This document shows, in pieces, positions 34,560-43,834 of a DNA stretch of 64,000 nucleotides. The translations under genes were made by a program, and so were the position numbers. Source of the stretch: Acidimicrobiia bacterium (GTDB taxonomy: Bacteria > Actinomycetota > Acidimicrobiia > Acidimicrobiales > AC-14); the NCBI GenBank assembly GCA_046565765.1, contig JBKHXX010000057.1, positions 14,454-78,453 of the forward strand. Direction: 5' to 3'. The first letter of the stretch is position 1; every line of letters begins with the position of its first letter. The notes beneath the pieces are model-generated. The model worked only from the letters and a program-made list of their open reading frames with translations, was not told the origin of the DNA and ran no database searches.

Positions 34560-36134
34560 CTACGTGGTCCCGGTCCGGAAGACGGCCGTCCAGGGCTGGT
34601 GGTTCACCGACGGGTGGGGCGAGAAGCCGGCCACGCTCGTCTTGTGGGCGTAGATCTGCGGGAAGTTGGTGAGGGCGATGGCCGCCGCTTCCTCGTTCAC
34701 CAGCACGTTGATCGCTTCGGCCGCCTTGCGCTGGGCGGTGAGGAGGTCGGTGGCGGCCAGGGCCTCGTCCACCAGGGCGTCGAACTTCGCCCCCGGGTTG
34801 GTCAGCCGCACCCGGGCGTTGTTGACCTTGCTGTACCAGAACTGCGCAGGGATCCGCACCGGGTTGGCGTCGTTCTGGTTGTAGTAGTTGACGTCGACGT
34901 CCCACTCGCCCGAGTTGATGGTCGCCGAGTAGGCGGCGGCGTCGGGCGCCCGCTGCAAGCGCAGGTCGATGCCGACCCGCTTCGCCTGGGCCTGGAGGAA
35001 CTGGAGGCTCTCCGGCTCGAAGTCGAACTGGGCCGTCCCCACCAGAGAAAGCTTGCGCCCGTCCTTCTCCCGGATCCCGTCCGACCCCTCGCGCCAGCCC
35101 CTCGAGTCGAGGATGCGCCGGGCCTGGCCTACGTCGGTCAGGTGCGGTCGGACGGTCGAGGCGGCGGTGCCGAGCACGGCGGGCGGGCTCACTCCGGCCA
35201 CCGGCTGGGCGTTCCCCTGCCACTGCTGCTGGCCCAGCGCCCGGGGGTCGAGGCTGAGGGCGAGGGCCCGCCGCACCTCGATGTCCTGGAGCAGGGTGTA
35301 CTGGCCTTCGCCGTGGAGGTTGAGGGAGATGTCGACCACCGCCCCCGGCGGTGCGGGCGCGACCTGCAGGCCGGGCCGGGCCCTCACGTCGGCCGTCTGC
35401 TGCGGCGCCAGGAACCAGACCAAATCGACCTCGCCCGACTCGAGGGCGAGCCGGCGGGTGTTCTGGTCGGGGATGAACCGGAACGTGATCTGCCGCAGCT
35501 TGGCCTTGTCCTCCCCCCAATAGGCGTCGTTGCGGTTCACGACCAGCCGGTCGTTGGGCGAGTAGCTGCCGAACGTGAACGGGCCCGTGCACACCGGGCG
35601 TTCGGCCGGGTCGGTGCCGGTGGCGACGACGCTGAAGAAGGGGTGGGCGATCTGTTCGGGCAACCGCAGGTTGGGCTGGGTGGGCGTGATGTCGACGGTG
35701 TACTCGTCGACCACCCGAGTCGACTCCGGCCCGATGAACGTGTTCAGCGTCTGCCGCTTCTCGACCACCCGGTTGATGCTGTATCGGACGGCCTCCGCGT
35801 TGAGCGGGGCGCCGTTGTGGAACCGGACGTCCCGCCGCAGCTCGAAGCGGAACGTGTTGTCGCCCCGGTACGTCCAGCGGGTGGCCAGCACCGGTGTGGG
35901 CTGGAAGTCGTAGCCCAGGCCCACCAGGGTCTCGCACACCCCCGCGTTGTCGGGCCAGATGCCGAGGAAGATCCGGTCGCGGGTGATGTACACGTCGCCG
36001 GGTGTGGCGACGGTCAGCGTCTGCTGGTTCTCGGGCAGCGGGACGGCCTCCTGGGCCGTCTGCGGCGCGTCGGCGCCGTTGCCCCCACAAGCCGCCAGCA
36101 CAACCAGGACCAGCGCTACGGCACGTGTTCGCAT
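34560..36134 (-). CDS. ABC transporter substrate-binding lipoprotein, family 5 (peptide/nickel/opine)
   Basis: Tail of track ORF 34560..36893 from ATG 36134, with GGGGGGAGG upstream. Lipobox LVVLAACGG. Family-5 landmarks RFELRRDVRFHNGAPLNAEAV and NRNDAYWGE. Confidence 0.9.
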   Translation of the reverse strand: MRTRAVALVLVVLAACGGNGADAPQTAQEAVPLPENQQTLTVATPGDVYITRDRIFLGIWPDNAGVCETLVGLGYDFQPTPVLATRWTYRGDNTFRFELRRDVRFHNGAPLNAEAVRYSINRVVEKRQTLNTFIGPESTRVVDEYTVDITPTQPNLRLPEQIAHPFFSVVATGTDPAERPVCTGPFTFGSYSPNDRLVVNRNDAYWGEDKAKLRQITFRFIPDQNTRRLALESGEVDLVWFLAPQQTADVRARPGLQVAPAPPGAVVDISLNLHGEGQYTLLQDIEVRRALALSLDPRALGQQQWQGNAQPVAGVSPPAVLGTAASTVRPHLTDVGQARRILDSRGWREGSDGIREKDGRKLSLVGTAQFDFEPESLQFLQAQAKRVGIDLRLQRAPDAAAYSATINSGEWDVDVNYYNQNDANPVRIPAQFWYSKVNNARVRLTNPGAKFDALVDEALAATDLLTAQRKAAEAINVLVNEEAAAIALTNFPQIYAHKTSVAGFSPHPSVNHQPWTAVFRTGTT

Positions 36135-36191
36135 GCGACCTCCCCCCTTCGCGGCCTCATTAGACCATGACCGCAGGCGTACCGTCGGTAC

Positions 36192-36614
36192 GTGCTGGCC
36201 GAGCTGAGCGACGAGGAGATCGAGCGACGGCTGCGGGCCTCCCCCGACGAGCGCTGGAACTCGTTCTGGGAGGCGTCGGCGGCGGTCGAGGCCGAGACGG
36301 AGCACGGGCGGTGGGACGGGCCGCCCGGCCACATGCCCTATGTCACCTACAGCGACGCGGTGACCCGGTGGATGGCGAGTTTCTACGGCCTCGGTGCCAG
36401 CGAGCCGTTCGACTGGATGGCGTGGGGCGGCCTCAACCGGTACCGGGGCGGGCAGGGGTTGGACGAGGCGCCGGTGGCAGAGGCGGTCCGCCTGGTCATG
36501 GCCGTGTCCAGGGCCGACCGGTTCGGCGAGGGCACACTGCTGAACGCCTTCGACAGCGGCACGATGGCAGCCGTGGTCCGCCGGCTCCGGCGGTGGCGGC
36601 TTACCGGGAGGTAA
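36192..36614 (+). CDS. Hypothetical protein
   Basis: 140-codon ORF with coding-like composition (MLAELSDEEIERRLRASPDERWNSFWEA...). GTG start without an SD. No family recognised. Confidence 0.55.
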   Translation: MLAELSDEEIERRLRASPDERWNSFWEASAAVEAETEHGRWDGPPGHMPYVTYSDAVTRWMASFYGLGASEPFDWMAWGGLNRYRGGQGLDEAPVAEAVRLVMAVSRADRFGEGTLLNAFDSGTMAAVVRRLRRWRLTGR

Positions 36615-36732
36615 GAACCACCTTCCAGTCTCGCCGCCCGGCTTGTCCGCGAGGGGAATTCTGCGAACCCGAGCCCCGGCGGATGCTCCTCCTGTGCCAC
36701 GAACGGTGTGGCTCCCAACCCAGGAGGTTGCC

Positions 36733-36966
36733 ATGAACCGCAAGATCCGCAAGCTCGTCGCCGGTCCGCTCCTTGCCGCGTCGCTGGCGGGTGGTGTGCT
36801 CGTCGCCGCCGCCGGCCCGGCCGACGCCCTGTACGTGCGCAACACGGCCGGCACGTGCGTCGAGGGCTCGACCAAGACCGACCAGTGGGGCAACGTCTAC
36901 AAGTGCGTCGGGGGCAAGTGGGTCCTGTACTCCATGCCCGCCCTCACCATGCGGGCCGTCGGCTGA
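36733..36966 (+). CDS. Small secreted protein (signal peptide, two Cys)
   Basis: MNRKIRKLVAGPLLAASLAGGVLVAAAGPADA|LYVRNTAGTCVEG...YKCVGGKW. AGGAGG lies 6 nt upstream of ATG 36733. Confidence 0.6.
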   Translation: MNRKIRKLVAGPLLAASLAGGVLVAAAGPADALYVRNTAGTCVEGSTKTDQWGNVYKCVGGKWVLYSMPALTMRAVG

Positions 36967-36981
36967 CCGGCTCGCACTACC

Positions 36982-37392
36982 GTGCCGGCCATGGTCCGCC
37001 TCCAAGAGGCCGCCCGCATGGCCATGGAGCTGCCCGAGGTCACCGAGGGGGAGCGCCACGGTCACCGGACGTGGAACGTGGCCGGCAAGACGTTCGCCTG
37101 GGAACGTCCGTTCAGCAAGGCCGACATCCGGCGGTTCGGCGACGCCGAGCCGCCGGACGGCCCCATCGTCGCCGTGAAGGTCGCTGACCTGGGCGAGAAG
37201 GAGGCCGTGCTGGCCGCCGGCCACAAGGGCTTCTTCACCATCCCCCACTTCGACGGCTACGCGGCAGTGCTGATCCAGCTCAAGACGGTCGGCAAGCGGG
37301 CGCTGCGCGAGGCCCTCGAAGACGGCTGGCTCGCCACCGCCCCACCCAAGCTGGCCGACGAGCACGTGGGCCGCAGGAGGGGCCTCCGCTAG
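36982..37392 (+). CDS. MmcQ/YjbR family DNA-binding protein
   Basis: [28 protein letters not shown]...[17 protein letters not shown] is the typical YjbR-family pattern. Confidence 0.75.
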   Translation: MPAMVRLQEAARMAMELPEVTEGERHGHRTWNVAGKTFAWERPFSKADIRRFGDAEPPDGPIVAVKVADLGEKEAVLAAGHKGFFTIPHFDGYAAVLIQLKTVGKRALREALEDGWLATAPPKLADEHVGRRRGLR

Positions 37393-37597
37393 AAGAGACG
37401 AGCGGCGTTCCGCCGAGCGTGAAGCGGCCACCGCCCTGCCGCCATGAGAAGGATACCGCGGGGGAAGGGGCTTGCCGCAAGCGGTCCGAACGTGCCAACC
37501 ATGAGGCTTCCGCTGAGCCGGTTCCGGCCAGAGATCGCGAAGCCAGGAGCTGTGGAATGCGCGTGTTGCCTTCGGCAGACGGGTCGACGGGGCGCCC

Positions 37598-39064
37598 ATG
37601 ACCGGGCACGAGGTGGTCATCGCAGGGGGCGGCCCGACGGGGCTGATGCTGGGCGCCGAGCTGGCGTTGGCCGGGGTCGACGTCGTCATCGTCGAACGGC
37701 GGGCTACTCAGGATCTCGATAGCTCACGATCCGGGGGCCTTCACTCCCGCACCATCGAGGTTCTCGATCAGCGCGGTGTCGCGGAGCGGTTCCTCTCGGC
37801 CGGGCAGACACATCCGTTCGTGGGCTACGCCCAGATGTTCCTGGACGTGAGCGACTTCCCCACCCGCCACAACTACGTGCTCGCCCTGTGGCAGCGCGAC
37901 TTCGAGCGCATCCTGGCCGACTGGGTGGCCGAGCTCGGGGTTCCCGTCCTTCGTCGCTGCGAGGTGGCGGGCTTCGTTCAGGACGACACCGGGGTGGACG
38001 TCGAGCTGTCGGGCGACCGGTCGCTCCGGGCCGAGTACCTCGTCGGGTGTGACGGAGGACGCAGCCGGATCCGCAAGGCAGCCGCCATCGGCTTTCCCGG
38101 CTGGGACCCCTCGACCAGCTTCATCATCGCCGAGGTCGAGATGGACGAGGAGCCGGAGATCGGGATGCGGCCGGAGGGTGGTGGGATCGGCCCGGTCAAC
38201 CGTGCGGAGGGTGGAGGGCCCTACCGGCTCGCGCTCAAGGAGAAGGAGGTCGAGCACGTCGGCGAGCCCACCCTGCACGACCTTCGCGAGGCGCTCGTCG
38301 CCGCCTACGGAACCGACTACGGCGTGCACAGCCCCCGCTCGATCTCTCGCTTCACCGACATGACACGGCAGGCGGCGTCGTACCGCCTGGGCCGTGTGCT
38401 GCTGGCCGGGGACGCCGCCCACGTGCACTTCCCGGCCGGCGGGCAGGGCCTCAACATCGGCGTGCAGGACGCCGTGAACCTGGGATGGAAGCTGGCCCAG
38501 GTGGTCAGGAAGCAGTCCCCTGACACCCTCCTGGACACCTACCACCGCGAACGGCACCCCGTCGGTGCCCGCGTGCTGCAGAACACGATGGCCCAAGTGG
38601 CACTGGGCAATTCCGACGACCGTCACCTGGCCCTTCGCGAGATGGTGGCCGAACTGCTGGCCATGGAGGAGCCGCGCCGGCGAATCGTCGGGATGATCTC
38701 CGGGCTGGACGTCCACTACGACGTGGGGGAGGCACACCCGTTGCTCGGGCGGCGAATCCCCGACCTCGACGTGAACACCGCGGCCGGCCCTACGCGCATC
38801 TTCTCCCTGCTGCACGGCGCCCGGCCCGTGCTGCTCAAGGTCAGCGATCCCGGCGGCTTCGACATTGCCCCTTGGGCGGACCGAGTCCGGTTGGTCGAGG
38901 CCACCTACGACGGTGCGTGGGAGCTCCCTGTCCTCGGCGAGGTCCCTGCGTCCCCGGCCGTGCTGGTCCGGCCCGACGGGCATGTGGCCTGGACGGGAAA
39001 CGTCACCGACCCCGAACTGCCTCGAGCACTCTCGACGTGGTTCGGAGGGGCCGCTCCGGCGTAG
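37598..39064 (+). CDS. FAD-dependent aromatic-ring monooxygenase, rifampicin-monooxygenase (Rox)-like
   Basis: VVIAGGGPTGLMLGAELALAGV (FAD GxGxxG), GCDGGRSRIRK, LAGDAAHVHFPAGGQGLNIGVQDAVNLGWKL, and C-terminal LVRPDGHVAWTG...WFGGAAPA. The overall layout closely matches my recollection of Rox/Iri proteins. Confidence 0.85.
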   Translation: MTGHEVVIAGGGPTGLMLGAELALAGVDVVIVERRATQDLDSSRSGGLHSRTIEVLDQRGVAERFLSAGQTHPFVGYAQMFLDVSDFPTRHNYVLALWQRDFERILADWVAELGVPVLRRCEVAGFVQDDTGVDVELSGDRSLRAEYLVGCDGGRSRIRKAAAIGFPGWDPSTSFIIAEVEMDEEPEIGMRPEGGGIGPVNRAEGGGPYRLALKEKEVEHVGEPTLHDLREALVAAYGTDYGVHSPRSISRFTDMTRQAASYRLGRVLLAGDAAHVHFPAGGQGLNIGVQDAVNLGWKLAQVVRKQSPDTLLDTYHRERHPVGARVLQNTMAQVALGNSDDRHLALREMVAELLAMEEPRRRIVGMISGLDVHYDVGEAHPLLGRRIPDLDVNTAAGPTRIFSLLHGARPVLLKVSDPGGFDIAPWADRVRLVEATYDGAWELPVLGEVPASPAVLVRPDGHVAWTGNVTDPELPRALSTWFGGAAPA

Positions 39065-39114
39065 CGCGACGAGCCCATCAGGCCCCGAAACACCTGCGCC
39101 GTGTCACCGCACGC

Positions 39115-39273
39115 TCAGGCTGACGGGCCTTGGACCGTCAACGCCGATGTTCCCGCTCCGACCTCGGGCCCACTGTCGTAGGACTCGGTGAAGAAGAGGG
39201 TGCCACCGACCAAGAGGAGGGCGGCAAGGATCGTCAGGACGGCGACAAGCGCCCGTCCGTTCTCGTCGGGCAT
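39115..39273 (-). CDS. Small single-pass membrane protein
   Basis: MPDENGRALVAVLTILAALLLVGGTLFFTESYDSG... Strong SD GGGAGGA about 8 nt upstream of ATG 39273, and mostly G/C-ending codons. Confidence 0.45.
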   Translation of the reverse strand: MPDENGRALVAVLTILAALLLVGGTLFFTESYDSGPEVGAGTSALTVQGPSA

Positions 39274-39451
39274 GATGCATTCCTCCCAGCTGAGCCGGAG
39301 CACGGTGTGTTGTGAGTGACGACTGCGACGGTGCGCAGCCGCCACTCGGGCCAGGACTCATTGGTACCCACCGCGGGCGCGGCTCCGATGCTGGCGCGGT
39401 AACGATCGCGTCACGGGCCGTCAGCGCCTGGTGGCCACCATCGGCAGTCCT

Positions 39452-39769
39452 TCAGTCGGCTTGGGCCTCGACGGCCGGACCGTGCGAGGGAACGGCCACG
39501 AACTCGTCGTCGGTCTCGTACTCGACGGTCCGACTGGATTGGCCCGGGGGCAACGAGAGGCCCCTGATGGCGGGACGCAGCATCTCCGCCGTGAACCGGT
39601 CCGAGTGCGCCTTGGACTCCCACACGGCGGTGATCACCAGCATGCCGTCGGTGGTCCCGGCGTAGCGCGCCAGCAACCCCAGGGGCTCGGTGGTGGGCAG
39701 GGCGGCGAGCAGGTCGTGGTAGACCGCGAGCGAACCGCCGACGACTTGTGTGCTTGTGATGTATGTCAT
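39452..39769 (-). CDS. Small alpha+beta (ABM/dimeric ferredoxin-like) protein, tentative
   Basis: Track ORF trimmed to ATG 39769 (MTYITSTQVVGG...). LVITAVWESKAHSDRFTAEMLRP resembles the ABM-domain W.S...H..F pattern. It is divergent from the LuxR regulator. Confidence 0.5.
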   Translation of the reverse strand: MTYITSTQVVGGSLAVYHDLLAALPTTEPLGLLARYAGTTDGMLVITAVWESKAHSDRFTAEMLRPAIRGLSLPPGQSSRTVEYETDDEFVAVPSHGPAVEAQAD

Positions 39770-39866
39770 GGGGCCAGGATCGACGAACTGGCACAACGGC
39801 ACATCCGCCAAATCACTCATCGCCTACTCACTGGGCGCGGCGGGGCGATCTGGTTACCGTGCGCCC

Positions 39867-42668
39867 GTGAACCGCGCGCTCGTGGGACGAGAGGTCGAGC
39901 GCGCGTCGCTGCTCGGCTGGCTGGACGAGTCCCTCGCCGGGCGAGGCGTCGTCTGCCTGGTGTCCGGCGACGCCGGCGCGGGCAAGACCCGGCTGCTCGA
40001 CGACCTCGTCGAGCAGGCCGCGGCGCGAGGCGTAGCCACCGCGGTCGCGTCCGTCGCAGGACAGGAGGGCGCACCGCCGTTCTGGCCGTGGCGGGCGGTG
40101 CTCCGCAGCCTCGGCGCTCCAGACCTCCTGGCCGGAGCGGAGGGACTCGAACGTGCCACCGAGCGGTTCGTGCGTTTCGAGAGGGTGGCGGCGTGGCTGG
40201 GCAGTGCCGCGGTGGACCGGCGCGGGCTGGTGGTGGCCTTCGACGACCTCCACTGCGCCGATCGCTCCTCGATGCGCCTCTTCTCTCATGTGGCCCGGAG
40301 CCTTCGGGGCCAGCCCATGCTGGTGGTGGGCGCGCATCGGACCTCGGCGGCCGACCATGGGCCGGGGTTTTCGGAGGTTGTCACCGAGCTGGCCCGCCTT
40401 CCGTCCCGCCGAGCGCTCGACGTCGCAGGTCTCGAGCGGGCTGCGGTCGCCGAGTTGCTCGTGGCCGACCCCCGCTCACCGACCGTCGACCGGGTCTGGG
40501 ACCTCACTCACGGGAACGCCCTCTTCGTCACCGAGCTGGCCCGCCATCTCGCCAACGGTCGGCAGCTGGCCGACCTGCCCGACACCCTGAGAGAGGTGAT
40601 CGGGGTACGCCTCGCCGCTCGGAGCCAAGGCTGCATCGAAGTCCTCCGCACCGCCGCCGTCGTAGGGCGCCAGTTCGCCGCCGGCCTGGTGGCCACGGCT
40701 ATCGGTCGGCCTGCGATGCACGTGCTGGAGCACCTCGACGAGGCCGTGGCAGCGGCAGTCGTAGCGCCCACGGGCGTCCCCGGCCGGTACCAGTTCGTCC
40801 ACGCGCTGGTCCGCGATGCGGTGGAGTCGGGGGTCGCCCGGCCGGCGCTCGCACGGCTGCACCGTCAGGTCGCAGAGGCCATCGAGAGCTACGACGGAGC
40901 AGGGGAGGACCACCTGTCGGAGCTGGCCCGGCACTGGGACGAGTCGTCGGTGCTGGGTCATCAGGACGTCGCCGCCGAGTGGAACGGGCGGGCGGCCGAC
41001 GCCGCGGCGCGGCAGCTGGCGTGGGAGGAGGCGGCCCGCCTCTACGACCGGGCGTTGGCCCTGAGCGGGCCTCGGCGGGACCCTGTCGACCGGCATCGCC
41101 TGCTCCTCGGGGCCGCCCGGGCCCGGCTTCACAGCGACGAGATCGGGACGGCGGTGGCCCGCTGCGTCGACGCCGGCCGTGCCGCCCGGCAGGCCGCACG
41201 GAGCGACCTCCTGGCCGAGGCGGCGCTCCTCATCGAGGGTCGCGGCGGTAGCGGTGGGCCTGAGGTCCCTGCCCTGATCACCCTCGCCGAGGAGGCCCTG
41301 GCGGCCGTCGAGGGCACCGACCATGCCCGGCGTGGTCGGCTTCTGGGCCTGTTGGCCGTGCTGTACTTCTACGTCGACCCACGGCGCTGCGCGCTCCTGG
41401 CCGACGCGGCGGCGGACGAGGCGGCACGTGCTGATGACCCTCTTGCCGAGGCGGCCGCGGCCCGCGCCCGCCAGATGATCAGCTTCGGGCCCCATCGCGC
41501 CGAGGAGCGCCTCGAACTGGCCGAGCGGATCGGTGAGGCCGGCCGGGCGGCGGGAGATCCGTCCATCAGCCAGTGGGAGCCGCTGTGGCGAATCGACGCG
41601 CTGCTCGAACTGGGTCGCGTTCCCGAGGCGGCGGCGACCATGCCGCTGCTGCGGCACCAGGCAGCGGTGGTCGGCCATCCGATCTTCCGATGGCACCTGG
41701 CCCGGTCCGAAGCGGTGCTGGCCGCAGCTGTGGGCCGGTGGGACGACGCTCGCCGCTTCGGTCGCGTCGCGCAGGACCTCTACGCCATGCAGGAGGGCCA
41801 TGAGGGCGCCGTGGCCATGGAGTTGGCACTGCAGGTCTCGATCGGGATCCACACCGGGTTCCATCCCAGGGTGCTCGAAGGGTACGACCGGCTCGACCTC
41901 TCCCGTGCGCCTGCCTATGTCAGCGACGTCCCTGCGCTGCTCCCGTTGCTGCCCATGGCCGAGCTGGGGCGGGCGGACGAGGCGCAAGTCCCTTACCGCC
42001 GGCTTGCGCCGGTGCCCGAGTGGAACCCGCCAGCGTTCCTGTGGCTGCCCATCCACGTGTTCCGGCTTCTCGCCGCCATGGCCCTCGGCCGCCTCGACGA
42101 CGTGCCCCCGCTCCTGGACCGGCTACGCCCGAGCCGAGGGTTCCACGTTGCGGGAGGCGGCGGGCCGATCGCGTACTTCGGATGTGTCGAGCTCCATCTG
42201 GGTGAGGGCGCCATCGCGCTCGGCCGCTGGGACGACGCCGTCGCTGCCCTTCGCGTCGCGGTCGGCGAAGGTAGGCGTGCGGCGACGCCGCCGTCGGAGA
42301 TCCGCGCTGCGGCGCTGCTGGCCGAGGCGTTGACTGCTCGGGGGCGCGGGCAGGACATCGACGAGGCCGCCGATCTGGCGGCCCGCTACCAGCCCGCCGC
42401 CGAGGCCCACGCGATGCGTCCCTGGGTGGAGCGCCTGTCGCCGACTGCGCCTGGGCGACGGTCCCGGCTGCCGGGCCCCCTCTCTACTCGCGAGCTGGAA
42501 GTCGCCGGCCTCGTGGCCATGGGGCTCAGCAACAAGGCCATCGCCGCCGCGCTCCACATCTCCTCCCGCACGGCCCAGAACCACGTCCAGCACATCCTTA
42601 CGAAGCTCGGAGCATCCAACCGGGCTCAGGTGGCTACGTGGTTCACGCGTGACGGACGACTCGGGTGA
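39867..42668 (+). CDS. Large ATP-binding LuxR-family regulator (LAL/MalT-like)
   Basis: ALVGREVERASLLGWL...VCLVSGDAGAGKTRLLDDL (Walker A), a long helical/TPR-like middle region, and C-terminal HTH LSTRELEVAGLVAMGLSNKAIAAALHISSRTAQNHVQHILTKLG. The start is set at the in-frame GTG 39867 to avoid overlap with the divergent gene; an ATG at 39768 is possible. Confidence 0.85.
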   Translation: MNRALVGREVERASLLGWLDESLAGRGVVCLVSGDAGAGKTRLLDDLVEQAAARGVATAVASVAGQEGAPPFWPWRAVLRSLGAPDLLAGAEGLERATERFVRFERVAAWLGSAAVDRRGLVVAFDDLHCADRSSMRLFSHVARSLRGQPMLVVGAHRTSAADHGPGFSEVVTELARLPSRRALDVAGLERAAVAELLVADPRSPTVDRVWDLTHGNALFVTELARHLANGRQLADLPDTLREVIGVRLAARSQGCIEVLRTAAVVGRQFAAGLVATAIGRPAMHVLEHLDEAVAAAVVAPTGVPGRYQFVHALVRDAVESGVARPALARLHRQVAEAIESYDGAGEDHLSELARHWDESSVLGHQDVAAEWNGRAADAAARQLAWEEAARLYDRALALSGPRRDPVDRHRLLLGAARARLHSDEIGTAVARCVDAGRAARQAARSDLLAEAALLIEGRGGSGGPEVPALITLAEEALAAVEGTDHARRGRLLGLLAVLYFYVDPRRCALLADAAADEAARADDPLAEAAAARARQMISFGPHRAEERLELAERIGEAGRAAGDPSISQWEPLWRIDALLELGRVPEAAATMPLLRHQAAVVGHPIFRWHLARSEAVLAAAVGRWDDARRFGRVAQDLYAMQEGHEGAVAMELALQVSIGIHTGFHPRVLEGYDRLDLSRAPAYVSDVPALLPLLPMAELGRADEAQVPYRRLAPVPEWNPPAFLWLPIHVFRLLAAMALGRLDDVPPLLDRLRPSRGFHVAGGGGPIAYFGCVELHLGEGAIALGRWDDAVAALRVAVGEGRRAATPPSEIRAAALLAEALTARGRGQDIDEAADLAARYQPAAEAHAMRPWVERLSPTAPGRRSRLPGPLSTRELEVAGLVAMGLSNKAIAAALHISSRTAQNHVQHILTKLGASNRAQVATWFTRDGRLG

Positions 42669-42747
42669 CCGAGCAGCGCCGCCCCCGAGCGACATCTCGC
42701 CTGGTGAACGCCGAGCCCTTCGGCCCACCGACAGCGGCCTGCTGGCC

Positions 42748-43134
42748 TCAGGGCCCAACGGCAACGTAGCCAACGGCGTCGGCACCGTCGGGCACGTTGC
42801 AGCGGCTGATCCGCAAGACCGTCCCGGGCTCTGCTGAGGAGTCGACCCGGGTGCGCACCGCCAGGTGGAGAGGCGAGCTGTTCTGCACGTCGTCGATGTG
42901 CCAACCGTGCAGCTTCTCGAAGCCGGTTCCCTCGCGGGCTTCGTGGTACTGACAAGGTAAGGCCTGCGCCCCCACCACGAACCTCGCGGTCGCCCAGGCA
43001 AGCGTGCCGAGTAGGAGGACGGCGACGAAGGCGCCCACGGCCACGACCCATGCCGCTCGCGATCCCCCGCTGGGAGGTTCGGCGTCCACAAGAGCCAAGG
43101 AGTCGAACTCACCCGGGTTCCACCGGAGGCCCAC
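42748..43134 (-). CDS. Hypothetical membrane-anchored protein
   Basis: One TM helix (AAWVVAVGAFVAVLLLGTLAWA) followed by a ~80-aa two-Cys domain. GTG start without an SD. Confidence 0.4.
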   Translation of the reverse strand: MGLRWNPGEFDSLALVDAEPPSGGSRAAWVVAVGAFVAVLLLGTLAWATARFVVGAQALPCQYHEAREGTGFEKLHGWHIDDVQNSSPLHLAVRTRVDSSAEPGTVLRISRCNVPDGADAVGYVAVGP

Positions 43135-43340
43135 AACGCCGCGATGTTAAGGGGTGTGGCAGCGCGTCACCCGCTGAACATCCTCGGAACTCTGAGGAGG
43201 CCGACGACCGGAGCCAGCTGGCGAAGGCTGAGAAGGCCGATCTCGTCCGGCAGCTCGAGCAAGGCGGTCAGCGCCTGCTCCCGCCGTCCGGCTGGCAGAG
43301 AGGCGCGCGCCTCGCCCTGAGGCGGCATCATGATCCGGCC

Positions 43341-43718
43341 ATGTCGCGGTCGATCGATGATCTCCTGGAAGCCTGTCGGGCTCGCATCGATCGGGTCCAG
43401 CCGGACGATCTGACCGCTGAACAGGCGGCCGGAGCGCTGGTCGTGGACATCCGGCCCATCGAGCAGCGTCAGCGAGACGGCGATCTGCCCGGCGCGATCC
43501 ACATCGATCGCAATGTGCTCGAGTGGCGACTCGACCCCGCGTGCGAGCATCGCATCGCGGACACGGCCTACGACCGCCGAGTGATCGTCGTCTGCAACGA
43601 GGGCTACGCCTCGAGCCTGGCAGCGGCGACCCTGCGCGATCTCGGTCTTGATCGGGCCGCCGACCTGGCCGGCGGCTACCAGGCCTGGAAGGCCGTTAGC
43701 ACCCGAGATCAGCCGTAG
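43341..43718 (+). CDS. Rhodanese-like domain protein
   Basis: Track ORF 43050..43718 trimmed to ATG 43341. LVVDIRPIEQRQRDGDLPGAIHI..., active-site loop VVCNEGYAS, and GGYQAWK. Confidence 0.8.
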   Translation: MSRSIDDLLEACRARIDRVQPDDLTAEQAAGALVVDIRPIEQRQRDGDLPGAIHIDRNVLEWRLDPACEHRIADTAYDRRVIVVCNEGYASSLAAATLRDLGLDRAADLAGGYQAWKAVSTRDQP

Positions 43719-43834
43719 ACGCGCAACTCCCGGGAGGGACCGCGATCCTTTAGACGCGCGCCGAAGCTGACCAACTCGTGACGGCTCGGCACGGCCAAAA
43801 CACCCGAGAGAGCAGTGCGGGCAATGGCTCGCTC

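Noticed and set aside
36733-37392. Small secreted-protein ORF and the MmcQ/YjbR gene lie in the same frame separated by TGA plus 5 codons (possible read-through or Sec fusion)
   Set aside because: A signal-peptide protein fused to a cytoplasmic DNA-binding domain makes no biological sense. MmcQ has its own plausible start, and same-frame adjacency happens by chance one time in three.
37393-37597. 205-nt lower-GC gap upstream of the monooxygenase as a riboswitch or sRNA
   Set aside because: I see only short generic hairpins and could not match any riboswitch core I know. It is mentioned only as a possible leader within the monooxygenase finding.
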